NCBI GenBank assembly: GCA_963806845.1
Contig: CAWDZO010000021.1
Coordinates: 136,045-200,044, forward strand
Source: an uncultured Methanoregulaceae archaeon
Lineage (GTDB): Archaea > Halobacteriota > Methanomicrobia > Methanomicrobiales > Methanospirillaceae
DNA length: 64,000 nt
Direction: 5' to 3'
Shown here: piece by piece, positions 26,483-37,736 of the stretch
How positions within the stretch are numbered: position 1 is the first letter of the stretch
Layout of the letters: each line of letters opens with the position of its first letter
The notes under the pieces: model-generated
Told to the model about the DNA's origin: nothing
Databases searched by the model: none
What the model saw: the letters and a program-made list of their open reading frames with translations, nothing else
Position numbers and translations under genes: made by a program

Positions 26483-26903
26483 TCATCTTTCCACGATTAC
26501 AGTTCCCTGCATAGTCGGGTGGATCGTGCAGGAATAATCATAGGTGCCGGCCTGGTCAAATTTCCTGCTCCAGGATTGCGAAGGTGCGAGCACGGTTGAA
26601 TCCGCCCCATCCGCAAACACTATCCTGTGCGGAACTGAATCCTGGTTCACCCAGCGCACGGTTGATCCCATCTTTACCGTTATACTTGCGGGATCAAATG
26701 CTAAATTTTTGATCCGGATAGTATTATCTGATACAGAAGTAGTTGTCTGCGGAACTGGAATGGTTGTTACCGTCAGCAGTTGGGTCGTTTGCGGGGGTGT
26801 AGGTGACGGTTGTCATCGGTTGGACGGGGGGTGCTGTCTGGGTGCATCCACACACACCAACCAGGATGATGGTAATGGCAAGAAGAATGAGAGCGTTTTT
26901 CAT
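26483..26903 (-). CDS. Cupredoxin (plastocyanin/amicyanin-like) lipoprotein (frameshift in Thr/Pro linker)
   Basis: Signal MKNALILL...VCGCT; WVNQDSVPH and YSCTIHPTM supply the H/C/H/M copper ligands. Confidence 0.85.
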
Positions 26904-26970
26904 AGAATAACTCCACCGTTTCCCGTATAATAATCTGATGTATCTTAAAAAAACGGGAGCTCCGGGTCTC

Positions 26971-29125
26971 TTAATGCTCCTGAGAGTATATGCCCGGGAT
27001 CTGAGTATCGATGATAAAAACCGGAATATTCCTCATAATGTCCATGAACTCCTCTACATGATAGTGGTCAGAAAGGGACAGATCAGAAAGGAGTGCGGCC
27101 GGCAGAGCACGGGCAAATTTCCAGCCTTCTGCCTGGGGCAATGGGAGGACTGCACCAATTTTATCCTTTCCCATTTTCTGGATTTCTTGTAATGCACACA
27201 TCACCCGTTGCCCCGTACCTTCTTTTCCTGCACGCATTACTCTGACAATAAAATCATTGTACCGCACCTGAGCCTTGCCACCCAGCCGATCCTGAAGCAG
27301 AAGCGTAAGCAACCGGTTAAACCTGCCTCCGGAAAAAGAGAATATGAGAATCTCAACCCCTTTTTTCCCGGTTTGTTCGACAACATACAACCCTTCCTCC
27401 CCGATACCTTTTGGAATCCGTGCGAGCACGGTTTGCATCACCTCATTCTCATGCTCACTAAGGGGGAGCACTGATCTCCCCCGTGCATGTATCTTCTGTA
27501 CCATCTGGCACACAAGAGGTGAGAAACCACCTTCACCGGCACTGGTCCAGAAAGTACGGGACGTGTCCGATCCGCTTGGAACCACGACTACAATATTATG
27601 TCCTTCATCGCACTTGACCATCGACCAGCCTGCGTCCGCCCAGCGAGATCTCGTCTCAGTTCTGGCTGTTGACGAACCGTGCATCCAGCTTCCCCACCAC
27701 TTCACCATCAGGAGTGACAGCCCGGTACTCCCCGCCACCGCTGATCACCGAATAGAGATCCTTCCAGTTCGAACGCCCGAACTCCCGTTCGGCCTCGGTT
27801 CCCAGCATCACCATCTCACCATCAGTAGTCAGGTACCCCGCTTGAATGAGATGGATAACAATCTGATCCAGAATCTTTGGCTCCAGGTCTCTGAAATACC
27901 GGCGGGGAAAGCACCGATGCTGCCAGTTGTTTACGGCTAGCCCTCGAATGGGTATACAAATACAGGAAAACCTGCTGGAGCAGGACATTATACGGTTTTT
28001 TGGGGGGAATAAGGTTTCAACTTCCTTCCTCATTGCACATTCTATGATCGCAACACTGCAGAGGAGTTCACAGGGATCTTAAGCACCCACGCCACATATG
28101 CCGCTTTGTCACGCCTGCCGCTCCGCCCCATTCGCTGGAGAAACGATGAGACCGAGTTCGGGGGGCCAACCTGTACCACCACATCGAGATCCCCGATATC
28201 GATACCGAGTTCCAGCGTGCTTGTGCAGATGATGCAGGCACCATCCTGTGAAGAGAATGCTTCTTCCGATGTTTTTCGTGTAGCTGGAGAGAGCGATGAG
28301 TGGTGGATGTGAAGATTCCGTATCCTGCCAGCACTCGCCTTCATCAGTTTCTCTGCAATACTCCGGCTGTTGACAAAGACCAGCGCCTTCTTTCCGTCCA
28401 CGATCCGACCAGCGCATCGATCCGTCTTTTTCTTCTGCTTCGACAATAAACCGGAACTGTTTCTCTTTTGGGGGTGATGGAACCTCAACCAGTTCGCTGT
28501 CGTGCCGGTCATCAGACATCCAGCGCAGCACTTCTCCGGGGATTTCCTGCTGGTTGCCGAAAGACCAACCCGCTGGACGGGTCGTTTTGTGATCCGGTCC
28601 ATCTGGTCGAGCAGCACCTTAAGATGAACACCCCGCTCCGATTCCACAAATGCATGGAGTTCATCGATGATGATCGTTCGGACCCGCCGGAGATCTGAGG
28701 ATAGTTTTTTCTCCTGCAGGAGCACCTCAAGCGATTCGGGCGTAATCATCAGGAAATGAGGGGGCTCGCCATCCTTCCAGCCGCGATCCCCTTTCGGCAC
28801 ATCCCCATGCCATTTCATCACGGAGAGCGATGTGGGAACACAAAATTCCCTGAAACGATCCTCCTGGTCATTGATCAAGCGCTTTTAGGGGCGAGATGTA
28901 GAGACAGGCCACTCCCATCCTGCCGTGTTTTAAGATATCGTCCATCACCGGAATAAGCGCTGCTTCCGACTTGCCCCCGGCCGTTGGTGCAATAACCAGC
29001 ACATCCTTTCCTGCGGCGACTGCGGTATACGCACGCTCCTGCACCTCGCGGAGCTCCGTCCAGTCCAGCCGCTGGGCGAGCACCTGCTGGAGGGATTCGT
29101 GCAGAGTGGAAAATACCGAGGACAT
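26971..29125 (-). CDS. Lhr-like DEAD/DEAH helicase (multiple frameshifts)
   Basis: APTAGGKSE, PLKAL, ITPESLE, DELH, SAT, STLELGIDIG, QRMGRSGR. Confidence 0.9.
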
Positions 29126-29391
29126 TGTTCGGTACAGCGTTTTGCCTTGCGCAATATGGTCTTTTCCGGCCGATACATTCACCAATGACCGGAATTGTGC
29201 ATCAAAGCCAGATAACAACACATAAATACCACGATTTCCAGATAATTATCCGGTAAACAATGATATCACCATGGGTTTGTCAAACTGTTTTCTCATCGAG
29301 CCCATGCTACGCATTCTCCTTTAGATAGGGAACCTGGCAGTTCCCGGTTCCCATTGTATTGTCGTGATGAAGAGTTTACCAGAGGTTTTGT

Positions 29392-29517
29392 ATGCTTTTT
29401 GGAATCCCTGACCCGCAGATATTGATCGGCTATGGACTGGCCATTGGTTTAGCCCTGGCTTGTATTGTATACGGATTACTGAACTGGAACAAAGAGGGCA
29501 GCGAAGATGGCAGTTAA
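29392..29517 (+). CDS. Small single-TM symporter accessory protein (41 aa, below ORF-track cutoff)
   Basis: MLFGIPDPQILIGYGLAIGLALACIVYGLLNWNKEGSEDGS; overlaps the symporter start. Confidence 0.8.
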   Translation: MLFGIPDPQILIGYGLAIGLALACIVYGLLNWNKEGSEDGS

Positions 29518-31080
29518 CCCGATCACGATGGCGGCACTGGTCCTGATCTACCTTGCAGCAACGCTCATCATCGGTTACATCGGGTACAAAAAGACAAAGA
29601 ACGCCGAGGATTATCTTGTTGCCGGCCGCGACAGTCACCCGGTGATCATTGCGCTCTCGTACGGTGCCACATTCATCTCCACATCTGCCATCATCGGGTT
29701 TGGCGGATCAGCGGCAAGCATGGGAATGGGACTCATCTGGCTTACGGTCTTGAACATCGGTCTTGGCATCCTCCTTGCATTCGTCCTGTTCGGCAAGAAG
29801 ACCCGGGAGATCGGCCAGCGGCTTTCTGCAGTCACGTTTCCGGACCTGATGTGCAAACTCTACAAGTCCCCGCTCCTGCAGTACATAGCCGGGTTCATCA
29901 TTGTCATTTCCATGCCGCTCTACACTGCCGCAATCCTTATCGGGGGGGCACGGTTCATTGAGCCAACGCTCGGTATTCCCTATACCACATCGCTGATCCT
30001 GTTTGCCCTGATAACAGCAGTCTACGTAGTATTCGGCGGACTCATTGCCGTGATGTACACGGATGCATTCCAGGGCACGATCATGCTGATCGGTATGACC
30101 GTCCTCCTCGCCCTCACCCTGGTAATGGTGGGCGGATTTACCGCAGGAACTACTGCGCTCACCAACATGGCACATCTTGTCCCAAAAGCTCTCGCTGACC
30201 AGGGTATGACCGGCTGGACATCCATGCCCGTGCTCGGATCCCCGATGTGGTTCACCCTTGTCACTACGCTTGTTATGGGTGTGGGTATCGGTGTGCTCGC
30301 CCAGCCCCAGCTGGTCGTGCGGTTCATGACGGCAAAGGACAACAAGGCCCTGAACCGGGCGGTTCTCGTTGGGGGGCCGTTCATCCTGATGATGACCGGT
30401 GTTGCGTTCACGGTCGGAGCACTATCCAATGTATACTTCTACCAGACATCAGGAAAGATTGCCTTGATGCAGCGGGCGGAAATGTCGATGCGATCATGCC
30501 GCTCTTCATCAACGGGGCAATGCCGGACATCTTTGTCGTGATCTTCATGCTCACCCTGCTCGCAGCTGCAATGTCTACGCTCAGTGCGCTCTACCATGCG
30601 ATGGGCACGGCACTCGTCTGCGATCTCTGGGGAAGGGGCAAAGAGTGTGCACTCTCGATGCGGGCACACCAGTACGGTATCGTGCTGATGATGGTCGTCT
30701 CCACGATCCTTGCCTTCATGTTGCCGATCAGCATCATTGCCCGGGCAACCGCGATGTTCATGGGCCTCTGCGCCTGCGCTTTCCTCCCGGCATTCGCTGT
30801 CGGGGTCTATGCAAAAGCACCATCAACGAAAGCAGCGCTCTACAGTATGGTGACCGGTGCAGTGATCTGGTTCCTCTGGACAGCGTTCTTCCATGCAGCA
30901 GAAGCAAAACCCCTGGGCCTCTGCCAGGCAATCTTCGGGAAGGTCACCCTGCTCGGATCCCCGTGGACTGCAGTCGATCCGATTGTCATTGCGCTCCCCA
31001 TCTCGCTCGTGGTCATGATCCTCATGCAGTGGCAGTCGGACAAGCAGCAGCCATCTAAAATGGCCATCGCTGCCGCATAA
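29507..31080 (+). CDS. Sodium:solute symporter (SSS) family transporter (frameshift near 30465)
   Basis: DYLVAGR, SYGATFISTSAIIG, YTDAFQG, QPQLVVRFM, LAAAMSTLS; many TM helices. Confidence 0.93.
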
Positions 31081-31162
31081 TTTATAAAACCAGCGTGAAA
31101 TGCCCCCGGGGGGAAATTTGTCCATCTGATCAGGAGAAACTTTTTTTGTTCAGCGAGACGAC

Positions 31163-31504
31163 ATGATAACCATGGAACTCGCGCAGAAAAAATGCACTAC
31201 CTACCGGGCGGGATCACCTCCATTAACCAGAAAGGAGACGATTGAGCTCCTTGGTGAAGTACCCGGGTGGTCGCTTGATAATGGTCACCTGACGCGGAGG
31301 TTTGAGCTCGATGACAGCGACAGGTGCGTTGAATTTTTTATTGAAGTTATGGATCTTTCATCACAGGAAGGCCATATTCCGGATATCTCCATGAAAGAGT
31401 CACGATTTGTTGAGGTTTTATATTATACGTACCTTGCCGGCGGGTTGACCTTAAACGATTTTATTATGGCTGCAAAACTAAACATACTCAGGCAAGAACA
31501 ATAA
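31163..31504 (+). CDS. Pterin-4-alpha-carbinolamine dehydratase-like protein
   Basis: LAQKKC...PPL...VPGW...L.R.F...EGHIPDI...GGLTLNDFIMAAK. Confidence 0.8.
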   Translation: MITMELAQKKCTTYRAGSPPLTRKETIELLGEVPGWSLDNGHLTRRFELDDSDRCVEFFIEVMDLSSQEGHIPDISMKESRFVEVLYYTYLAGGLTLNDFIMAAKLNILRQEQ

Positions 31505-31543
31505 TGTCGTTGTGAAGGTTCGATATTTCTATTTTAAAAATAT

Positions 31544-31945
31544 TTATTTCAGGTTAAATTTCCTGACAATTTTTTCCCGTATTGCTTCTTTTGGATAAGC
31601 CCCGATAATCCGGTCCACCAGCTGACCATGAGAAAAGAGCATAATGGACGGTATTGCGGTAATGTTGAACTGCATGGCGAGGATCCGGTTATCCTCGGTG
31701 TTACACTTACCGAACGTAACTTTCCCGGAAAATTCCTTTGACAGTTCTTCAATCACCAGTCCTACCCTGCGGCACGGAGCGCACCATTCTGCCCAGAAAT
31801 CCAGGACTACAAATGGATGTGTCTTGATGAACTCCTGAAAATGCGTCTCATCCACATGCGTAACATCCACCTTTGCTGTGTGTTTCATTTTTTCTTTCAG
31901 CTCCTGTATCCGCTTCTCTCGTATCCGGCTGATCTCATCATCCAT
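31544..31945 (-). CDS. Thioredoxin
   Basis: DFWAEWCAPCR active site, IPS cis-Pro loop. Confidence 0.93.
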   Translation of the reverse strand: MDDEISRIREKRIQELKEKMKHTAKVDVTHVDETHFQEFIKTHPFVVLDFWAEWCAPCRRVGLVIEELSKEFSGKVTFGKCNTEDNRILAMQFNITAIPSIMLFSHGQLVDRIIGAYPKEAIREKIVRKFNLK

Positions 31946-32058
31946 AATTCTCTGTAGGTAAAAGAGTAATTAAATCTCCCTGACAGGGAACCGGTATACG
32001 GAGAAACTGAGTAAAGTATATCAGCGAACGCCAACTATATTATTACCCTGATTATTGG

Positions 32059-32133
32059 AGCGAGGTAGGGTAGTCAGGATATCCCGACGGGCTCATAACC
32101 CGTAGATCGATGGTTCAAATCCATCCCTCGCTA
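32059..32133 (+). tRNA. Initiator tRNA-Met(CAT)
   Basis: AGCGAGG/CCTCGCT stem (A1-U72), GGG/CCC pairs in the anticodon stem around CAT, GTTCAAATC. Confidence 0.96.
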
Positions 32134-32338
32134 CTGGTTCTTTTGTGAATTTCTGCTTTGAGGTTCAGCCTTTGATAGTTGAACAGGTTGTCTGGATTCG
32201 GAGAGGGGTTATGGAATTATCAGAATCCGAGCTCGGACGGATTCATCCTGGCAATAAAATCTACCCATAACGTCATCCCTGTTTTTTCATCTTTGATAGT
32301 TATGATCCATCAACACACAGGGGCCAGATGTGTGAATT

Positions 32339-33019
32339 TTATCCTTTTCGTGCTACGGTGACGATGAATGTCCGATTCCGGTAAACCACATCCACATCAG
32401 AAAAACCGCTCTCCTGCAGCCAATGGAGCTGAACCGAGAGTTTCTCGTTCCGGTCAAGGGTATCACGACGCCTGAGAATCTCGGCATGCTCCACATCATT
32501 CATCGGACCGTTGTTAAGAAATTCATCCCAGTACTCAAGGAACCTTTTCCTGAAATATGGCGTATCACCATCAGCCTGATCGGCATTTACAAACAACCCA
32601 TCAGGTTTCAGTGCAGAAAAAATTCTCCCGAAAAGATATCGTTTGTCCTCCAAAGTGAGATGATGGATGGAGAGTGCCGAACAGACCAGATCGTACGGAC
32701 CGACCGGTATCCCTTGGCGGTAATCACTCACAATATAGGTAATATCCTTCCTGCCTGCGAACCGCTTCCTGGCAATGTCCAGCATGTTTTCAGAAATATC
32801 CAGCAGGGTCATCTGTGCACCGGGGAATTTCTGCAGTATAAGCGCACTCAATAAACCTGTGCCTGCCCCGATATCAAGGATTGACGGCTCTGGTGCTGAA
32901 GATTCTGCTGCCCAGACTGCTGTGGTATAAAACTGCTGCAGGTCCGGAATGACAAACTCCCTCAGGGAATCGTATTCTGTTGCAATAGCATCGAATGCCT
33001 TTTTTATCTGTTCCATCAT
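32339..33019 (-). CDS. Class I SAM-dependent methyltransferase
   Basis: ILDIGAGTG, YDLVCSALSIHH, LKPDG. Confidence 0.9.
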   Translation of the reverse strand: MMEQIKKAFDAIATEYDSLREFVIPDLQQFYTTAVWAAESSAPEPSILDIGAGTGLLSALILQKFPGAQMTLLDISENMLDIARKRFAGRKDITYIVSDYRQGIPVGPYDLVCSALSIHHLTLEDKRYLFGRIFSALKPDGLFVNADQADGDTPYFRKRFLEYWDEFLNNGPMNDVEHAEILRRRDTLDRNEKLSVQLHWLQESGFSDVDVVYRNRTFIVTVARKG

Positions 33020-33156
33020 GTATCCCCGCCCTTACCTGAATGCAAAATCCTAAATCATAACTGAGGTTTGGTAAAAGAGAAAGAAAGATAATTATTTCGC
33101 TGATAATCGGGACTTGTTCTCATTGTTATAAAAGGAACGAACCATCCCAATCCTGT

Positions 33157-34587
33157 TCACGTGATTTCTGCATCAAATGATACTAGCTTGGACTGGTACG
33201 TCTCATCAATAAATTCAACCTGTCGCATCTTTGCCTGCTCACCCTCGATATGCAAAGGATAACATCCCGTAAGACAACCGGTGCAAAGATTTTCCCGATC
33301 AAATCCAATTGCTTCAATCAGTGCGGAGAGCGAGACATGATGAAGGGTTGTAGCTGTAATGCTGTGCCTGACCTCCTCCTCGATCCTGTTGTTTGCGATC
33401 AGTTCTTCCCTGGTGGGCATATCAACACCCAGGTAACAAGGGGCTTTGATTGCCGGTGAACCGATACGCATATGGATCTCCCGTGCACCCGCTTCCCGCA
33501 TCATGGTGATAATTCTGCGCGAGGTGGTTCCCCGCACAATACTGTCATCGACAAGTACTACAGACTTACCCTTCAGGTGAGCGGGAATAGGGTTGAGTTT
33601 TATTCGCACCGCTTTTTCCCGCTCCTTCTGGGTCGGCATGATAAACGTGCGTCCCATGTACCGGTTCTTCATCAGCGACTCCACAAACGGGATCTTTGAA
33701 CGTTCGGCGTATCCGATAGCATACGCTGTCCCGGAATCGGGAAGGGAACAGACAGAATCCGCCACCACTGGATTCTCTTCATAGAGTTTTTGCCCGACTT
33801 TGCGCCGAACATCATAGACCAGCACACCATCGATGATTGCATCTGCACGTGCGAAGTAAATATATTCAAAGATGCAGTGCGCACGCTTACCTGCAATCGC
33901 TACCTGGTTGCACTTTATTCCTTCAGCGTCTATCCTGACTAATTCCCCGGGCCTGATATCCCTTATGAATTTTGCCTTGAGGGCATCAACGGCTACACTC
34001 TCGGACGCAACCATGTACCCGTGATCGGTCTTGCCGATACAGAATGGCTTGATACCCAGCGGGTCCCGGAAGGCATAGATAATACCGTCAATCATCATCA
34101 CGACGGAATAGGATCCCCTGAGTTTACGCATGCAGCGGTTAACCGCATCCTCTACACATCCGGTATTACTTATCTCGTCAATAAGGATCTTTGCAATGAT
34201 CTCCGTATCAGTGGTGGTGGTGAAGATCTGGCCGGCCTGTTCGTATTCAGCTCTGAGTTCAGCAGTGTTTACAAGGTTGCCATTATGGGCAATTGAGATG
34301 AAATGATCCTTAAACTGGAAATTGAGCGGCTGGATATTCTCAGGAAGATTGGACCCGGTTGTCGGGTAGCGGACATGTCCGATACCGGCATTGCCTTTCA
34401 GGTCATTTAAAACAGTGGGGGAAAAAACATCGGCGACGAGACCCGGACCCTTAAATTTCTGGAGGTTCGTGCCATCATAGGTGGAAATTCCGGCGCTTTC
34501 CTGCCCCCGGTGCTGGAGCGCGTACAGGGAATAGTAGAGCTGAATCGATACACCGCCAGCATCGACGATGCCAACGATACCACACAT
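33157..34587 (-). CDS. purF: Amidophosphoribosyltransferase
   Basis: MCGIVG, LQHRGQESAG, GHVRYPT, VDDSIVRGTT, Fe-S cysteines. Confidence 0.97.
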   Translation of the reverse strand: MCGIVGIVDAGGVSIQLYYSLYALQHRGQESAGISTYDGTNLQKFKGPGLVADVFSPTVLNDLKGNAGIGHVRYPTTGSNLPENIQPLNFQFKDHFISIAHNGNLVNTAELRAEYEQAGQIFTTTTDTEIIAKILIDEISNTGCVEDAVNRCMRKLRGSYSVVMMIDGIIYAFRDPLGIKPFCIGKTDHGYMVASESVAVDALKAKFIRDIRPGELVRIDAEGIKCNQVAIAGKRAHCIFEYIYFARADAIIDGVLVYDVRRKVGQKLYEENPVVADSVCSLPDSGTAYAIGYAERSKIPFVESLMKNRYMGRTFIMPTQKEREKAVRIKLNPIPAHLKGKSVVLVDDSIVRGTTSRRIITMMREAGAREIHMRIGSPAIKAPCYLGVDMPTREELIANNRIEEEVRHSITATTLHHVSLSALIEAIGFDRENLCTGCLTGCYPLHIEGEQAKMRQVEFIDETYQSKLVSFDAEIT

Positions 34588-34596
34588 GGTGCAACT

Positions 34597-34779
34597 CTAA
34601 TGCGTTGGAATTTTTGGTCTCTTTGTTGTCCACTTATAGCTGCGCATTTTGGTGCTTCTGCCGAACCCGCAGGCAGAGCATTGTTTTTTCTGGGCGTGAA
34701 ACGAGATTTTCCCACAGCGCCGGCAGGCGACATGGGTAAACTTGTTCATCTTTCCCATTGATGGAGTGCCTTTTGACAT
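34597..34779 (-). CDS. rpl37e: Ribosomal protein L37e
   Basis: KGTPSMGK...CRRCG...CSACGFG. Confidence 0.97.
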   Translation of the reverse strand: MSKGTPSMGKMNKFTHVACRRCGKISFHAQKKQCSACGFGRSTKMRSYKWTTKRPKIPTH

Positions 34780-34790
34780 GTTACTTCACC

Positions 34791-35021
34791 TTATTGTTCC
34801 AGCGATGGGGATATATAGATAACATTATCCCCACGTACGATGAGCGTACCAACCTTCTGAACCTGTCCATTCTCCTCTTCCTCAGCCTTATCCAGCACGA
34901 GGTTCATATGAACATCATATCCCTGGAGAATGCCCCGTATTTCTCTCCCGCCTTTGAGAGATACAATAACGGGTTGTCTGTTCAGCACCTGATCCAAAAT
35001 ATCCAACGGCCTTTTGGTCAT
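34791..35021 (-). CDS. Archaeal Sm-like (Lsm) protein
   Basis: [21 protein letters not shown]; conserved Lsm-rpl37e linkage. Confidence 0.96.
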   Translation of the reverse strand: MTKRPLDILDQVLNRQPVIVSLKGGREIRGILQGYDVHMNLVLDKAEEEENGQVQKVGTLIVRGDNVIYISPSLEQ

Positions 35022-35211
35022 AATAATACCCTTTCACCATCGCTCTGGAGTAATATATGTGTGTGAGCTGCTTACTTAAACATACCGTAGATCTGCATCA
35101 GCCAATAATGATTCCGAGGCGAAATGCAAAGAAAGGTTCTCCAAACAAACGCCATAATTTTACAATGCAAATTTTTTTCAAGCGAGAGAGATGAATGTAG
35201 GAACTGAAACA

Positions 35212-35710
35212 ATGAAAAAAATTGTTGTAAAAAAACGCCATTCTATCCGGAAAAGCCAGGCAACAGGATCTCTTATCCCGCCTTTTTGACCAGATCGGAA
35301 ATTCAGCAAAATTTTTTCACGCGGATATGATTGAGGTACTTGAGACCAACGCCGATGTTTCGTTGTTCCTGGTGAACAAAAAACCGCTCCTGATGGATAC
35401 CGGTGACTGGGTATTTCCTACCCTAAAAGGTGCAATTCAGTTCCCCTTTCCAGAACGCAGGGTAGTTGTGGATGCCGGGGCAATCCCCTATGTAGTCAAT
35501 GGTGCAGATGTCATGCGACCAGGTATCGTTTCAGTATCTGATGACGTAAAGGCCAAGGCACCGGTTCAGATCGTTGATGAGCGGCACGGCAAACCGCTTG
35601 CGATCGGAATAGCGCTCCTTGATGCGCCCGATATGCGTGCCAGAATTGCAGGAAAGATGTGTAAAAATTTTCATCACGTCAGCGATGAGATATGGAACAT
35701 TGAAATCTAA
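35212..35710 (+). CDS. PUA-domain RNA-binding protein (frameshift near 35265)
   Basis: VVVDAGAIPYVVNGADVMRPGI; N-terminus KRHSIRKS in the upstream frame. Confidence 0.88.
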
Positions 35711-35833
35711 CACAAACCGGTCCAAATCGATTGTGCGGAAAATCGGTCATTTTCTCTATTTTATGGTAATAAAACCCTGATAGGTGCTTTCAAAATAGAT
35801 ACTATTAAATAAGTTTCATCATACAGTTTTTTT

Positions 35834-36202
35834 ATGGTTAAAATCATTGACACCCTTCTTGGAAAGAGTTCCGCAAACTCGGACGACGACTACATGGAGC
35901 TCGATCTTGCATCATATGAAGAGCATGGGGGAGCTGCCCCGGCACTGCTCGTAAAGATCGCTACGATTACTGATCTCAAGGATACCCCGCGGGTTAAGGA
36001 CGAAGTATACAGCGGTAACATAGTAATTGTTGACATTTCCCGTCTCAAAATGGACAAGATATCCTATGAACGGGTATTAAAAGACTTAAAAGAAGTAGCC
36101 AAGGATGTCAATGGTGACATCATCGGTCTTGGGGACCAGAGGTATGTCGTACTTACACCGATGTCGGTAAAAATTTCCCGGGACAAGATTGGCGGAGTTT
36201 AA
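35834..36202 (+). CDS. sepF: Cell division protein SepF (archaeal)
   Basis: EVYSGNIVIVDI...GDIIGLG...VLTP..VKISR. Confidence 0.88.
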   Translation: MVKIIDTLLGKSSANSDDDYMELDLASYEEHGGAAPALLVKIATITDLKDTPRVKDEVYSGNIVIVDISRLKMDKISYERVLKDLKEVAKDVNGDIIGLGDQRYVVLTPMSVKISRDKIGGV

Positions 36203-36204
36203 CG

Positions 36205-36732
36205 TTGCGAACGGTCGTTCCGGGTCCGTGCCCAACGTGTAATTCCGAGATAGAATACCTGTATACAACAGAAAATATCCCCTATTTTTCTGATATTCTC
36301 ATCATTTCTGCTATCTGCGATTCGTGCGGATACAAATATGTTGATACCCAGCTACTCAGGTCTAACGAACCAGTCCGGTACGAGGTGGCAGTTGACTCTG
36401 AAGAAGACCTTGGGATCCGCGTAGTGCGGAGTATGAGCGCAAGCCTTGAAATTCCCGAGCTGGGCGTGCGAATAGATCCTGGTCCTGCCTGCCAGGGCTT
36501 TGTGTCCAATATTGAGGGGGTCCTTGATCGTGTCGAACAAATCGTGAAGGGAGCCTTGCTCTGGGGCGAGGATGAGGAACGGGAAAATGCACGGATACTT
36601 CTGGAGAGAATTGAGGGAGTGAAATGTGGGGCAATACCCGTAACATTCATTCTTGAAGATCGGTGTGGCAACAGCGCGATCATTGCAGATAAAGCACAAA
36701 AGAGTGCGTATACACCAGAACCGGATCAATAA
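36205..36732 (+). CDS. ZPR1 zinc-finger domain protein
   Basis: CPTC, IPYF, CDSCGY, IPELG, SNIEG, ED..GNS. Confidence 0.92.
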   Translation: MRTVVPGPCPTCNSEIEYLYTTENIPYFSDILIISAICDSCGYKYVDTQLLRSNEPVRYEVAVDSEEDLGIRVVRSMSASLEIPELGVRIDPGPACQGFVSNIEGVLDRVEQIVKGALLWGEDEERENARILLERIEGVKCGAIPVTFILEDRCGNSAIIADKAQKSAYTPEPDQ

Positions 36733-37736
36733 ATAAAAAATGTTACGTAATTTCGATATCCCGCAGCACACGCACCGGGCTCCTCGGTAATTTCACCCAC
36801 GACTTTTGAACCTTTAACAACTTTTTGTATACCGGCAACATTGTCTGTTGGCACAATGTAGGCATATCCCATTCCCATGTTGAATGTACGGTACATCTCA
36901 ACCGTTGAAATATCCCCGGTTTTCTGGATCCATTGAAAGATTTCCGGGGGTGTAATGGGTGTATCTACCAGGAAACCGTACGGGCTGAGCCGCTTGAAAT
37001 TGAGCAGTCCTCCGCCAGTGATATGGCACATACCGTGAACCGTGCAGGTTGTGGCAACCTGCAGGCTTTCATGGTAGATTCGTGTGGGTATAAGGAGTTC
37101 CTCACCAAGTGTCCGGCCATTCTTCAGTCGTTCATCGTAATTTGCGTATTTCTCCACAACCGCCCGGGCAAGAGAAAGTCCGTTGCTGTGGATCCCGGTT
37201 GAGGGAACCCCGATGATTTTGTCACCCGGCCGTATTGAACTGCCAGTGATGATTTTATCCTTTTTCTGCATCCCCAGACAGGTGCCTGCAAGGTCAAGAC
37301 CATTGACAAGACCCCGCAGAGATGCAGTTTCACCACCGACAATATCGATATTTGCCTGGCGGGCGCCTTCGTTTAACCCGATTCCTATCTGCGCCATCTT
37401 CTCTACCGAGAGCTTGTCTGTTGCGATGTAATCCACAAACGCAACAGGTTCCATATTCATGACATAGAGGTCGTTGACGTTCATCGCAATGCAGTCTATT
37501 CCAACGGTGCTCCAGTCCTGCATTTGATCGGCAACCAGCATCTTTGTACCGACACCATCCGTTGTCAGTGCAAGTGCCATATCACCGAAATCAATGAGTC
37601 CGGCAAAATGACCTACATTGCCAACCATCGTACATCTGCCTTTCCGTTTGTAGGTCAGGTTTTTTATCAGGGCTTTGATTGCAGTTGCCTCAAGATCAAT
37701 GTCAACTCCTGCTTCACGGTACGAGGTGCTACTCAT
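36726..37736 (-). CDS. purM: Phosphoribosylformylglycinamidine cyclo-ligase
   Basis: YREAGVD, TDGVGTK, GGETA, HSNG, HITGGG, FNMGMG. Confidence 0.96.
   Translation of the reverse strand: MSSTSYREAGVDIDLEATAIKALIKNLTYKRKGRCTMVGNVGHFAGLIDFGDMALALTTDGVGTKMLVADQMQDWSTVGIDCIAMNVNDLYVMNMEPVAFVDYIATDKLSVEKMAQIGIGLNEGARQANIDIVGGETASLRGLVNGLDLAGTCLGMQKKDKIITGSSIRPGDKIIGVPSTGIHSNGLSLARAVVEKYANYDERLKNGRTLGEELLIPTRIYHESLQVATTCTVHGMCHITGGGLLNFKRLSPYGFLVDTPITPPEIFQWIQKTGDISTVEMYRTFNMGMGYAYIVPTDNVAGIQKVVKGSKVVGEITEEPGACAAGYRNYVTFFIY

Noticed and set aside
25585-32133. Integrated element between tRNA-Ser and tRNA-iMet
   Set aside because: No integrase and no duplicated tRNA 3' end found by eye.
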